This document shows, piece by piece, positions 50,326 to 59,956 of a stretch of 64,000 nucleotides of DNA. The notes beneath the pieces were generated by a model. The model was not told where the DNA came from. It saw only the letters and a list, made by a program, of their open reading frames with translations, and searched no databases. The DNA is from an uncultured Parachlamydiaceae bacterium (GTDB lineage Bacteria > Chlamydiota > Chlamydiia > Chlamydiales > Parachlamydiaceae), in NCBI GenBank assembly GCA_963752155.1, contig CAVVXH010000010.1, forward strand, positions 256,001-320,000, written 5' to 3'. The translations under genes and the position numbers were made by a program. The stretch's first letter is position 1; every line of letters starts with the position of its first letter.

Positions 50326-53223
50326 ATGATAAAATCAAACAGATCCAACATCAGGTCGATACCTGGCTTGGAATCTTTTCAAAAGGATCTTTGCGAAGTT
50401 TTTGATGGTGAAGTCTATTTTGATTCTATCACGAAATGTGCTTATAGCGTCGATGCATCCATTTACGAAATTATGCCCTTAGGAGTTGTCATTCCAAAGG
50501 ATAGAAATGAATTATTGATACTCTTAAAAGTTGCCAATCGTCATTCTATCCCTGTCACTGCACGTGGGGCCGGTACAGGTATTGCAGGCGGATGCATTGG
50601 CCCCAATTTGATTATCGATTTGTCTAAATATCTAAATGCCATCATAGAAATTAACTATGAAAAAGAATATATCATTTGTGAACCAGGAGTGGTCCAAGAT
50701 CAGCTGAATGCACTCCTTTCACCCCAAGGATACCGCTTAGGACCAGATACTTCGACGGGAAATCGAGCTACCATTGGAGGTATGCTTGCAAATAATGCTG
50801 CCGGAGCACGTTCTTTGTTTTATGGCAAGATGGTCGATCATGTTGAAGAGGTTGTTCTTGCATTAAGCAATGGAGAGCTCATACGATTAAGAGAAGTCTC
50901 TGACGAACAATTACAGGAAAAAATCCATTTAAACGGAGCTGAAGGAAGAATCTATAAAGCAATAGATCAAATTCGAAACGAGTATGCCGAAGATATTCAA
51001 AATCATTTTCCAAAAATTCCCCGAAGAGTTTCAGGGTATAATCTCGATGAACTTAGTCAATATCCTTTAAATCTGTCTAAGTTGATCGCAGGTTCAGAAG
51101 GAACTCTTGGTATTGTTATAGAAGTCAAATTGAAGATATGCAAAAAGCCCAAAGTAACGGGTCTGTGCATCATTCATAGTACAGATATGCTGGAGCTGAT
51201 GCGTCATATTCCTGCAATGTTGATCCATAAACCCCTTTCTTTAGAGATGATTGACGACAACATTTTAGCTGCAGGAAGGATACACCCTTCTACTCGAGGA
51301 AAATTAGAATGGCTTTTGGGAGAACCTGCAGCTGTGTTTGTTGCCGAATTTGAAGGGGACACCCTCGAGGTTGTTCAAGAAAAGCTATTCAATTTTGTAG
51401 AAGAAATGGGAAAGCTTAAAGTGGGATATGCGACTATTCAAGTGACGAATTTCGAAGAAATGGAAGCTGTTTGGGCAGTACGCAAGGCAGGGCTAGGTCT
51501 GCTTTTATCAAAACGTACCTACAGTCGAGCAATAGCTTTTATCGAAGATCTCTCTGTAGGTCCAAATGAACTTGCAGCCTTTATGGAATCCTTTCTGATT
51601 TGTCTTAAGGGCTTTGGAAAAGAAGCTGGTATTTATGGCCATGTCGGAGCAGGGTGCATCCATATTCGTCCCTACGTGGATTTGAGAGATCCTAACGAAC
51701 AAGAAACCATGGAAAAATTGATGCTTGCGGTTGCGGAATTGCTTTTAGCGCATGGAGGATCTTTGAGTGGTGAGCATGGTGATGGGTATGTCCGATCATG
51801 GCTCAATAAAAAGATGTTTGGCGATAGGCTCTACCGGGCTTTTTGCGAATTAAAAGAAGCCTTTGACCCCGATCATTTGATGAATCCGGGCAAAATTGTG
51901 AATGCTCCTCCACTTCTACATGATTTACGTAGTTTTACAAAGGCAAATTTAAAGAAAATAGATAGTTTTTTAGATTTTAGCCCAGAAGGGGGATTCGAGC
52001 TAGCAGCAGACCTTTGTAATGGGAATGGGATGTGTCGTAAGGGTGAAGGTGTGATGTGCCCATCCTTTCAAGTGACACGGGATGAATATGATACGACCCG
52101 TGCAAGAGCTCAAGCTTTACGTGCTATTATTCACGGGACTTTACCAAGAGAAGCTTTTTCTGGACAAGAGCTCTATGATGTTCTCGATTTATGTTTACAG
52201 TGCAAAGGATGTAAAAGCGAATGTCCTTCACAAGTCGATATGGCAAAAATGAAATCGGAATTTTTATACCATTATCAAGCGGAGCGAGGATACTCTTTAC
52301 GTACGCGCCTTTTTGGAGAAATAGGGAGGATCAATAGATGGGTTTCTCCATTTGCGCGGATTTTTAATGCCCTTAATGGAGGTGTCATTGCTAAAAAGCT
52401 ATTAAGCTGGTTGTGTATTTCTTCAGAAAGAAAGCTTCCTCAAATAGCTCCGGAAAGGTTTTCGAGTTGGTGTGAGAGACAACCTTTTTCGGAGCAAAAA
52501 GCTCGTGTTGTGCTTTTCAATGATACCTACACAGAATTTAATCACCCTGAAATTGGGAAGGCAGCCTATTCTGTTTTGCGGTCTTTGGGATACGATGTCA
52601 TTGTCCCTCCATGGAACTGTTGTGGAAGAACATTATATTCTAAAGGAATGCTTCCTCAAGCCAAAAAGAAGGCCGAGACACTGTTGTCCATTCTTTTTCC
52701 CTATGTTAGAGAGGGGATTCCTATCATTGGGTTAGAGCCCAGTTGTTTGTTTATGCTCAAGGATGATTTCCAAGGGTTAGTGAGTCATGACGAACGTTTA
52801 AAGGAGCTCCAATCTCGATGCTTTACATTTGATGACTTTCTTCACGGCCATCTTATAGATGGAAAGCTTCCGTTATCGTTTAATGCAGTGAACGTTGATT
52901 ACTTAGTGCACGGACATTGTCATCAAAAATCCTCTGGAAGGATGACTTCATCAATAGAATTGTTGAATAGTATGCCTGGATCACATGCAAGTTTGATTGA
53001 CTCTGGATGTTGTGGGATGGCTGGATCCTTTGGTTATGAAGCAGAGCATTATGCGATTTCGATGCAGATTGGTGCCTTAAAATTATTTCCGGCTATTTTG
53101 CAAGCCTCAAAAAAGGTTGTGGTGGTAGCTAATGGAGTTTCTTGCCGTCAGCAAATTGTGGATGGCACAGGACGCAAGGCATTCCATATTGCTGAAGTGA
53201 TCGCTCAAGACTTGTTCCATTGA
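50326..53223 (+). CDS. FAD-linked oxidase with Fe-S/CCG domains (YdiJ-like 2-hydroxyacid dehydrogenase)
   Basis: ARGAGTG, GSEGTLG, GEHGDG, CNGNGMC, CLQCKGCKSECP and CCGMAGSFG motifs. Confidence 0.9.
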   Translation: MIKSNRSNIRSIPGLESFQKDLCEVFDGEVYFDSITKCAYSVDASIYEIMPLGVVIPKDRNELLILLKVANRHSIPVTARGAGTGIAGGCIGPNLIIDLSKYLNAIIEINYEKEYIICEPGVVQDQLNALLSPQGYRLGPDTSTGNRATIGGMLANNAAGARSLFYGKMVDHVEEVVLALSNGELIRLREVSDEQLQEKIHLNGAEGRIYKAIDQIRNEYAEDIQNHFPKIPRRVSGYNLDELSQYPLNLSKLIAGSEGTLGIVIEVKLKICKKPKVTGLCIIHSTDMLELMRHIPAMLIHKPLSLEMIDDNILAAGRIHPSTRGKLEWLLGEPAAVFVAEFEGDTLEVVQEKLFNFVEEMGKLKVGYATIQVTNFEEMEAVWAVRKAGLGLLLSKRTYSRAIAFIEDLSVGPNELAAFMESFLICLKGFGKEAGIYGHVGAGCIHIRPYVDLRDPNEQETMEKLMLAVAELLLAHGGSLSGEHGDGYVRSWLNKKMFGDRLYRAFCELKEAFDPDHLMNPGKIVNAPPLLHDLRSFTKANLKKIDSFLDFSPEGGFELAADLCNGNGMCRKGEGVMCPSFQVTRDEYDTTRARAQALRAIIHGTLPREAFSGQELYDVLDLCLQCKGCKSECPSQVDMAKMKSEFLYHYQAERGYSLRTRLFGEIGRINRWVSPFARIFNALNGGVIAKKLLSWLCISSERKLPQIAPERFSSWCERQPFSEQKARVVLFNDTYTEFNHPEIGKAAYSVLRSLGYDVIVPPWNCCGRTLYSKGMLPQAKKKAETLLSILFPYVREGIPIIGLEPSCLFMLKDDFQGLVSHDERLKELQSRCFTFDDFLHGHLIDGKLPLSFNAVNVDYLVHGHCHQKSSGRMTSSIELLNSMPGSHASLIDSGCCGMAGSFGYEAEHYAISMQIGALKLFPAILQASKKVVVVANGVSCRQQIVDGTGRKAFHIAEVIAQDLFH

Positions 53224-53274
53224 TAAATATTTGGGGAAGATGAAGGGCTGATGGGTGTAAACCAGAAATTTCAA

Positions 53275-53304
53275 TTGACAGCAAACCATTTCTTGACCTA
53301 TCTT
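53275..53304 (+). promoter_or_regulatory. Putative sigma70/66 promoter of the rhs gene
   Basis: TTGACA-18-TATCTT about 40 bp upstream of the ATG. Confidence 0.45.
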
Positions 53305-53345
53305 CGTGATTTCTTAATAACACCTTCGCAAAAAGACAAAATTAT

Positions 53346-56300
53346 ATGATTATTTTTTCTCGTTGGCTTTTGACAATTTTTATTTTATGCCTCTATTTAC
53401 CAACTCTTTCAGCTGGTCAGTTACAATTTGTAGCTACTGAATCTGACCCTGATGCTTTCATTCAAAATAGCGTTAATGTCATTAACGGCGATTATTGTGA
53501 ATCCGATACAGATTTAGTAATTACAGGTCCTGACGCTTTGGTTTTACAGCGCTTTTATAGTACAAAAGATGTGATTACTGGAGCTCAAACAGGTGGATGG
53601 AGAATATTTCCTCAAAGATTTCTTATCATAGGAAAGGATCTTTCTGGAAAAACATGCAGCGTGCGTGAAGATCGTTTTGAATGGACCGTTGCTTTTACAG
53701 GAGAACGCTCGGGTGGAATTTTTCCTTACAGCGGATGGAGAAATACGAATGGTTCAACTAAAGATCCACTCAAGATTGATGTCTTAAACAATGCTGTGGG
53801 CCTAGTTAATACTTACGCTCAAGAAATCAATGGACAGACTAATCATCAAAATAACTTCCTTCATTGCAAAGGCAATGCATGCGAATTGATCTTGGGAGAC
53901 GGCACTAAACGAATTTATCAAAAAGTGAAACAGTCGCCCATGCTTATTCTCGGAGAGGAGCTAACACCTTTAATTGCTAACCAAATGATAGAGCCTGAAT
54001 CCTTTCTTTTAAGCCAAGAAATTCTTCCAAGTGGCAACCAACTCTTTTATTCCTATGATACTGCTGGTCATCTTACTAGAATCGAAATGAAAAATAAAAG
54101 CTCAACAAAAATCTTTTCATGGATCCATTTTAGTTACGAGTTTCAGAAAAACAGTTGTCAAGTACACATCGAAGCAAGCGATGCTCGTGAGCTGAATTAT
54201 CGTTTTGTTTTGGTAAATGATTTTTATAAGCTCATTCAGATCGAAGGCTCACATTGCCTTCCTACTACCTATGAGTATAATGAGGTTTTGGTTAAAAAAA
54301 CTTTGCCTGAGGGGCGTTTTATCGAAATTGATTATCAGGATGGCAAAGTCAAATTTTTAAAAGGACCAAATGCACAGACAGGTAAATCAGAAATTGTTCA
54401 TTCTTTTGCTTACGAAATTGGCTACACTGACGTCTTCAACGCATTAGGTATTAAGACAAGATATATCTATGACAAGCGTTCTCAGCTAATATCCCTTGAA
54501 AGATATGACAATCAAAATAAGATCTATCGCATCGAACGGAAATTTTGGGGGAATACAAGATTAAATGTTGGATTTTTATTAGCAAAAACAATTGTAGATG
54601 GTAATGGGCGTGTTCAATCCTATCGTTCTTTTCAATATGATAAGCTAGGTAATGTTATTGAAGAGAGGATTTATGGTAATCTAACTGGAAAACAAGAAGT
54701 TTCCTTACAAATCTCTCCAGAAGGGAATCTTTTAAATTCCGATGAAGAAGAATGTAACATTAAAAATTATGGTTTTTCAACAGATGGGTTAAATTTGCTG
54801 ACGAAAATGGGAGATTGCAAAGGAAATCAAACACTGTATTACTATAAATCGGGGACCAACCTCCTTATTAAAAAGCTAATTTTTGAGAAAGGGAGTATTA
54901 AAAAAAGAACCTTCCAGTCCCATAATGAGGATGGAGTCTGTATTAAAATTATTGAAGATGATGGATCAAAAGAAGAGGAATCTTTATTCTATGACGGGCT
55001 TATTAAGGAAAGGCATATTAAAGAAATCAAACCCAAAGAAAATCTCCCAGGAGTAGGTCTGCCAGAAATTATTGAAGAAAAGGCTTTCGATTTTATTAGG
55101 AAACAAGAAGTTCTGATTAATAAATTGGTCAATGTATACGATAATCAATCTAATCTTTTATCTTGCAGCACTTATGATGCTGATGGTCAATATGCGTTTA
55201 CAGAAAAAAAAACATATAACTCTATTGGACAAGTAATCTCACAAGTTGATGCTGTTGGTAGAGAGAGTAATTTCAGCTACGATGAAATTGGCAATCGAAT
55301 TTTTGCTTCAATTTCTCAAGATGGAAGATGTAATACTACTACTTTCAATTTTCACAATCAACCTATTGAAATCATTGAGGTAAATGCTGAGGGCCAATTT
55401 ACAATTAGTAATGATTATGATTCTTTTGGAAGAAAAATCTCTTCAACAGATCGCTATGGAAATTCTACGGGTTATGAATACGATGAGTTCAATAGATTGA
55501 TAAAAGTTATTCACTCGGAAGTGTTAGATGAAAATAATCAAATTGTTCATCCTACTTTTAGCTATACTTATGATATCTTTGGAAATGTTTTGACAACAGA
55601 AGATCCCAAAGGGGATATTATTACAAAATCCTATAATTTACGAGGAAATCCTACTAGAATAAATTATCCAGATGGATCTTTTGAACTATTTAAATATGAC
55701 ACGGAAGGCAGTTTACACCGTTCCATAACTCGCGAGCAAATCATTACTGTTTATGAATATGATTATTTAGGAAGATCTATTTATGAAGAACTCTCTACTG
55801 TGGATGAAAAGAACGTTTCCTCCTATTTAGCGAAAAGATCACGTTATTATAATGGCTTCCGATGCACTTATGAAAAAGAAGATGAGCATGTCAAGCTCTA
55901 TACTTTTGATCTGGCCGGAAGATTGGCTTCTCTTGCTGAATATACAAATGGGCCATATGATCCAGAATCTCGACGAACAGAAATCTTTTATGATCGTTTT
56001 GGCCGTTTACACCAAAAAAAAGTTTTCTTTGATAGCGGATCGCAGGAATATGCTCTAGAATGTTTTGAATACGACTTAGCTGGAAATGTGATCGAAAAAC
56101 GAATTGAAGATGCTCAAGGGATTGTTTTATTAAAAAAATGTTTTTCTTATAATTCTCAGAATCTTTGTATGGAAGAGTATAGTCTTCAAAATGGCGTTAA
56201 AACCTCATTGCTTAAAACTTTTTATAATTCTGAGGGGGAACCTATTGGTTATTTGGATGGTTCTGAACAAGAAACAAAGATTATCATCGATAATTCTTTT

Positions 56301-58889
56301 CAAAACAGTTTGGGGCAAACGGTTCTGAAGAAGACCCTTGTGAATCCAATTGGCGTCCAAACAGAAGTTGAATTTGACGCTCTGAGTCGAGTGTATTCCA
56401 TTATTAAAAAAGATCCTTTTGGTGTTCTTCTTTCATCTCAAAAGATACTTTATGACTCACTTGGTAATAAAAGTTGTGAAATACACGATCAGATTGTGGA
56501 AGGAAAAATTCTTGGATCTCAAAAGACGCAATGGAATTATGGACCAATGGGGCGTGTAGAAGAAGAGGTGGAGGCGGCAGATTCCTCACTAGAAAAAAGA
56601 ATTAAATATAACTATAATTCTATAGGGAAAATGACTAGCAAAGTCGTTTCTGGTACGACAACGCCTATTAATTACACCTATTCCAGAACAGGAAAACTTC
56701 AAAAAATTGAGGCACTAGATTGTAAAAAAGAATTACAAATTTCAAATACATATTATTACGACTATAAGGGAAACATCCTATCAGCATGCACTCTTAATGG
56801 AACATCAGTTCAGAGAAACTATAATATCTATGATCAAGTTACCAAAGAAACTATTCAAGATAGAGAAGGAATGTATACCCTACGATATGCTTATGACAAA
56901 AAAGGGCGGTTAAAAGAAGTTATTTTACCAGATAATTCTAAAATTGTTTATTCATATGATGCTGTCTTTGGTCGCGAAGTCAAACGCATTTCTTCGAAAG
57001 GAGAAGTTCTCTATACGCATACTTATGATCATTATGACAATCAAGGTAGATTACAAAATGAAACCTGTATTGGTTATACAGGCTCTAAAGAACACACTTA
57101 TGATTTGAATGGCCGGAAAATTTTGAGCAAAAATAATTATTTTAGTGAAGAATATGTTCGGGATTCATTAGGACGCTTGTTAGAGATTAAAGGAGAAAAA
57201 CATGAAGAATTTACTTATAACTTTCTTTCTCAGCTCATCTCAGAAAAGAAAGGCAACACAAATAGCCATTTTTATGATTCTTTAGACAATCGAATTAAAT
57301 CCGGTAATGATGAACTTTTTTATAACACTCTTAATCAACTGACTTCATCTTCAAATGTCGAATTTTCGTATGATCCTTATGGAAATCTTTTAAGAAAAGT
57401 TTTAAATGGTGAAGAAATGCGATTTGAAAGCGATGTTCTGTCTCAACTCATTTCCATAGAAAAAGCTGATAAAACAACTCTTACTTTTTCTTATGACGCA
57501 TTTGGGAGAGTATTAGTTGAAAAACAAATTGATATCAAAGAAAAAAATAAGAAAATTCTTTCGACATTTCGGTATTTCTACATAGGTTATCAGGAAATTG
57601 GTACGTTAACTGAAAAGGGAAATATTGAAACACTCAAAGTTCCAGGTTTGGATGGAGATGAGCTGGCTATGACAAGTATTGCCTTTGAAATCAAAGGTGA
57701 AACTTTTTTACCTCTTCATGACATTGTGGGAAACGTTGTCAGTATAATTGAACCGCAAAGTTGCCAACTTGTTGAAAGTTATCAGTATACTGCTTTTGGA
57801 GAAGAGCTTATAATCAACCCTTATGGTGAGGTAGAAAAATTTTCCTTAATAAGTAATCCTTGGAGATTTTCTGAGAAGCGAATCAATCAGAAATCAGGTC
57901 TTATTTTATTTGGATTGCGTTTCTATGATCCAATTATTGGAAGATGGATTAGTCAGGATCCAGCAGGTTTTATCGATGGACCTAATTCCTATGCTTTTCT
58001 ACACAACAATCCTTTAAATCATGTGGATCGTTTCGGTCTTGCAACTGAGAGTTTTCAAGGTAAATTTATAGGATATTTCTTTGGTGAAGTAGAGTCGCAT
58101 TGTTACTGTGAACGGCATCGAACATGCAAGCGTGGTGGCGATATTGGAAAAACAGCGAGTTCGACTCTCCCCAGAGTTCGACAAGATTATTATTACGAAA
58201 AATTTTATAAGGATTATCGTAGTGAAAACTTATTTATCAAAGATTGCTATGATGATTCAATTTCCTTTGACCTTAGTGAAAATGGTGTACCTAACTTATC
58301 AAATAATTTAGGTATAGGCTTTATCAATGGAACTTTGAATAATTCTAAAAATTTTAAAGAAAGTGCAAATTATATTTCTAGATTAGCTGGTGGATACAAC
58401 GTTCATGGAGTTTATAATGCTACACATGGGGAGGTTGATCTTTTAGAATGCTTTATGGGCCTTAACTATATTGCCACAGAACCTGTTAGACAGCTCCATA
58501 AAATGTGGAATAGTTTTTTTGAGAAAAGTTCTGCAAATGTTAAATTTTTGATGATCTGCCATAGTCAAGGTGCTATTCATACACGAAATGCTCTTCTAGA
58601 TTATTCTCCAGAATTACGTCAACGGATCTTGGTAGTTGTTATTGCTCCGGGGGGGTATATCTATAAAGAAACATGTGCTAAAGTCATTCATTATCGTACA
58701 GAATGGTGGAGAGATTTGGTGCCTAGGTTAGATTGGAGAGGTGCTAGTCGGGAAAAAGATACAATTGTCAATCTTAGTTCCCATTCAGATGCAATAGCAT
58801 GGGATCATGAATTTATGAGTCCTTCTTATCAAGAAATTCTCTTACATCATATAGAAAAGTATATTGAATCTCAAGGTACAATTTTATGA
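53346..58889 (+). CDS. Rhs/YD-repeat polymorphic toxin with C-terminal alpha/beta-hydrolase-like domain
   Basis: Signal peptide; YD repeats; core end RFYDPIIGRWISQDP...NPLNHVDRFGL; tail contains ICHSQG. Confidence 0.9.
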   Translation: MIIFSRWLLTIFILCLYLPTLSAGQLQFVATESDPDAFIQNSVNVINGDYCESDTDLVITGPDALVLQRFYSTKDVITGAQTGGWRIFPQRFLIIGKDLSGKTCSVREDRFEWTVAFTGERSGGIFPYSGWRNTNGSTKDPLKIDVLNNAVGLVNTYAQEINGQTNHQNNFLHCKGNACELILGDGTKRIYQKVKQSPMLILGEELTPLIANQMIEPESFLLSQEILPSGNQLFYSYDTAGHLTRIEMKNKSSTKIFSWIHFSYEFQKNSCQVHIEASDARELNYRFVLVNDFYKLIQIEGSHCLPTTYEYNEVLVKKTLPEGRFIEIDYQDGKVKFLKGPNAQTGKSEIVHSFAYEIGYTDVFNALGIKTRYIYDKRSQLISLERYDNQNKIYRIERKFWGNTRLNVGFLLAKTIVDGNGRVQSYRSFQYDKLGNVIEERIYGNLTGKQEVSLQISPEGNLLNSDEEECNIKNYGFSTDGLNLLTKMGDCKGNQTLYYYKSGTNLLIKKLIFEKGSIKKRTFQSHNEDGVCIKIIEDDGSKEEESLFYDGLIKERHIKEIKPKENLPGVGLPEIIEEKAFDFIRKQEVLINKLVNVYDNQSNLLSCSTYDADGQYAFTEKKTYNSIGQVISQVDAVGRESNFSYDEIGNRIFASISQDGRCNTTTFNFHNQPIEIIEVNAEGQFTISNDYDSFGRKISSTDRYGNSTGYEYDEFNRLIKVIHSEVLDENNQIVHPTFSYTYDIFGNVLTTEDPKGDIITKSYNLRGNPTRINYPDGSFELFKYDTEGSLHRSITREQIITVYEYDYLGRSIYEELSTVDEKNVSSYLAKRSRYYNGFRCTYEKEDEHVKLYTFDLAGRLASLAEYTNGPYDPESRRTEIFYDRFGRLHQKKVFFDSGSQEYALECFEYDLAGNVIEKRIEDAQGIVLLKKCFSYNSQNLCMEEYSLQNGVKTSLLKTFYNSEGEPIGYLDGSEQETKIIIDNSFQNSLGQTVLKKTLVNPIGVQTEVEFDALSRVYSIIKKDPFGVLLSSQKILYDSLGNKSCEIHDQIVEGKILGSQKTQWNYGPMGRVEEEVEAADSSLEKRIKYNYNSIGKMTSKVVSGTTTPINYTYSRTGKLQKIEALDCKKELQISNTYYYDYKGNILSACTLNGTSVQRNYNIYDQVTKETIQDREGMYTLRYAYDKKGRLKEVILPDNSKIVYSYDAVFGREVKRISSKGEVLYTHTYDHYDNQGRLQNETCIGYTGSKEHTYDLNGRKILSKNNYFSEEYVRDSLGRLLEIKGEKHEEFTYNFLSQLISEKKGNTNSHFYDSLDNRIKSGNDELFYNTLNQLTSSSNVEFSYDPYGNLLRKVLNGEEMRFESDVLSQLISIEKADKTTLTFSYDAFGRVLVEKQIDIKEKNKKILSTFRYFYIGYQEIGTLTEKGNIETLKVPGLDGDELAMTSIAFEIKGETFLPLHDIVGNVVSIIEPQSCQLVESYQYTAFGEELIINPYGEVEKFSLISNPWRFSEKRINQKSGLILFGLRFYDPIIGRWISQDPAGFIDGPNSYAFLHNNPLNHVDRFGLATESFQGKFIGYFFGEVESHCYCERHRTCKRGGDIGKTASSTLPRVRQDYYYEKFYKDYRSENLFIKDCYDDSISFDLSENGVPNLSNNLGIGFINGTLNNSKNFKESANYISRLAGGYNVHGVYNATHGEVDLLECFMGLNYIATEPVRQLHKMWNSFFEKSSANVKFLMICHSQGAIHTRNALLDYSPELRQRILVVVIAPGGYIYKETCAKVIHYRTEWWRDLVPRLDWRGASREKDTIVNLSSHSDAIAWDHEFMSPSYQEILLHHIEKYIESQGTIL

Positions 58890-59428
58890 AATCAATGTTT
58901 TTAGCTTTAATCGTAGTTTTATTAATTATCACAGGTTTTAATTTGATAATTAGAAGGTATGAATATCCCCTATCTAAAGGGGAAGAGCTTGTAAATATTT
59001 TATTAGCAAAGGGTGCAATGACTATTAAAAATAAATATAATATGAAACCCTGTGGGTCGGGAGTCGCTATGCCAGGAGGACCTATACAGGAAGTTACTTT
59101 ATGTTTTGAAACAAAACATACCTATACTAAAGAGCAGTTGAGGGATTTGTTAATAAAATTTTCCGGAGAGTTTTTACGCCTAGTGATCGAAAACAAAGAG
59201 ATTCAAGAATTCCTCAAAGAAAAACCCTTTATTATAAAAAACATTGAAATTATAATTTATAATCATGATGAAAATGGTTTCAGTTTGAAAGATCCCCAAA
59301 TTTCAGTAGCGAATATTTCTCAAGGTAGGTTGTATTACAAAACTGTCGATCCAGAAGATAGTTTTAAATATAAAAATAAATATCAAGAAAGTTACGAGGA
59401 AGCTTTAAAAATTCTTTCAGTTCCTTGA
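58886..59428 (+). CDS. Putative immunity protein for the Rhs toxin
   Basis: ATGA overlap with the rhs stop; 180 aa with N-terminal TM/signal. Confidence 0.65.
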   Translation: MKSMFLALIVVLLIITGFNLIIRRYEYPLSKGEELVNILLAKGAMTIKNKYNMKPCGSGVAMPGGPIQEVTLCFETKHTYTKEQLRDLLIKFSGEFLRLVIENKEIQEFLKEKPFIIKNIEIIIYNHDENGFSLKDPQISVANISQGRLYYKTVDPEDSFKYKNKYQESYEEALKILSVP

Positions 59429-59495
59429 TTTAAAAACAAAATGCTTTTGCATCGGATCATGGATTTATGAATCCTTCTTATAGAATTCTAGTTAC

Positions 59496-59915
59496 TTAGA
59501 TAGCTTTTAGGTGTTCTAATCCTTTATCGATTAGAGTATCCAAAGTTTTGCTGATCGATTTGTGCATTCGTTGTGCTGTTTTAGCAATTAGAAAATGTCG
59601 TTCACTATCTGTTCGATATAAGATTTTTCCTTTAAAGTGCTCTCGATCAACTGGTTCAGGAACAGATTCACCTTTCTCTTGATAAACCTCTATTGCGCAA
59701 GCAATAAGCTTCTTTATTTCATTCATACCTTCGTCTAAACTCTCTGAGTCTGTACAGATACCAGGCAATTCATTTACACGAATAATGTAATAATTCGAAC
59801 CTTCATGGGTTTCTGTTTCAATGGTGTAAGTCCAAGGAAGATTTAAGTAATAGCTTAAATCTTTATTATCCTTCGTTTTTTTCATCTTGCTCATAAGTTT
59901 TTCGAATTTACTCAT
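59496..59915 (-). CDS. hicB: HicB-family antitoxin (no adjacent HicA)
   Basis: YIIRVNELPGICTDSESLDEG and C-terminal RHH-like FKGKILYR..ERH; start uncertain. Confidence 0.75.
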   Translation of the reverse strand: MSKFEKLMSKMKKTKDNKDLSYYLNLPWTYTIETETHEGSNYYIIRVNELPGICTDSESLDEGMNEIKKLIACAIEVYQEKGESVPEPVDREHFKGKILYRTDSERHFLIAKTAQRMHKSISKTLDTLIDKGLEHLKAI

Positions 59916-59956
59916 ACTTTTATGATAGCGAAATCGATATCGAATTGTCAAACTCT

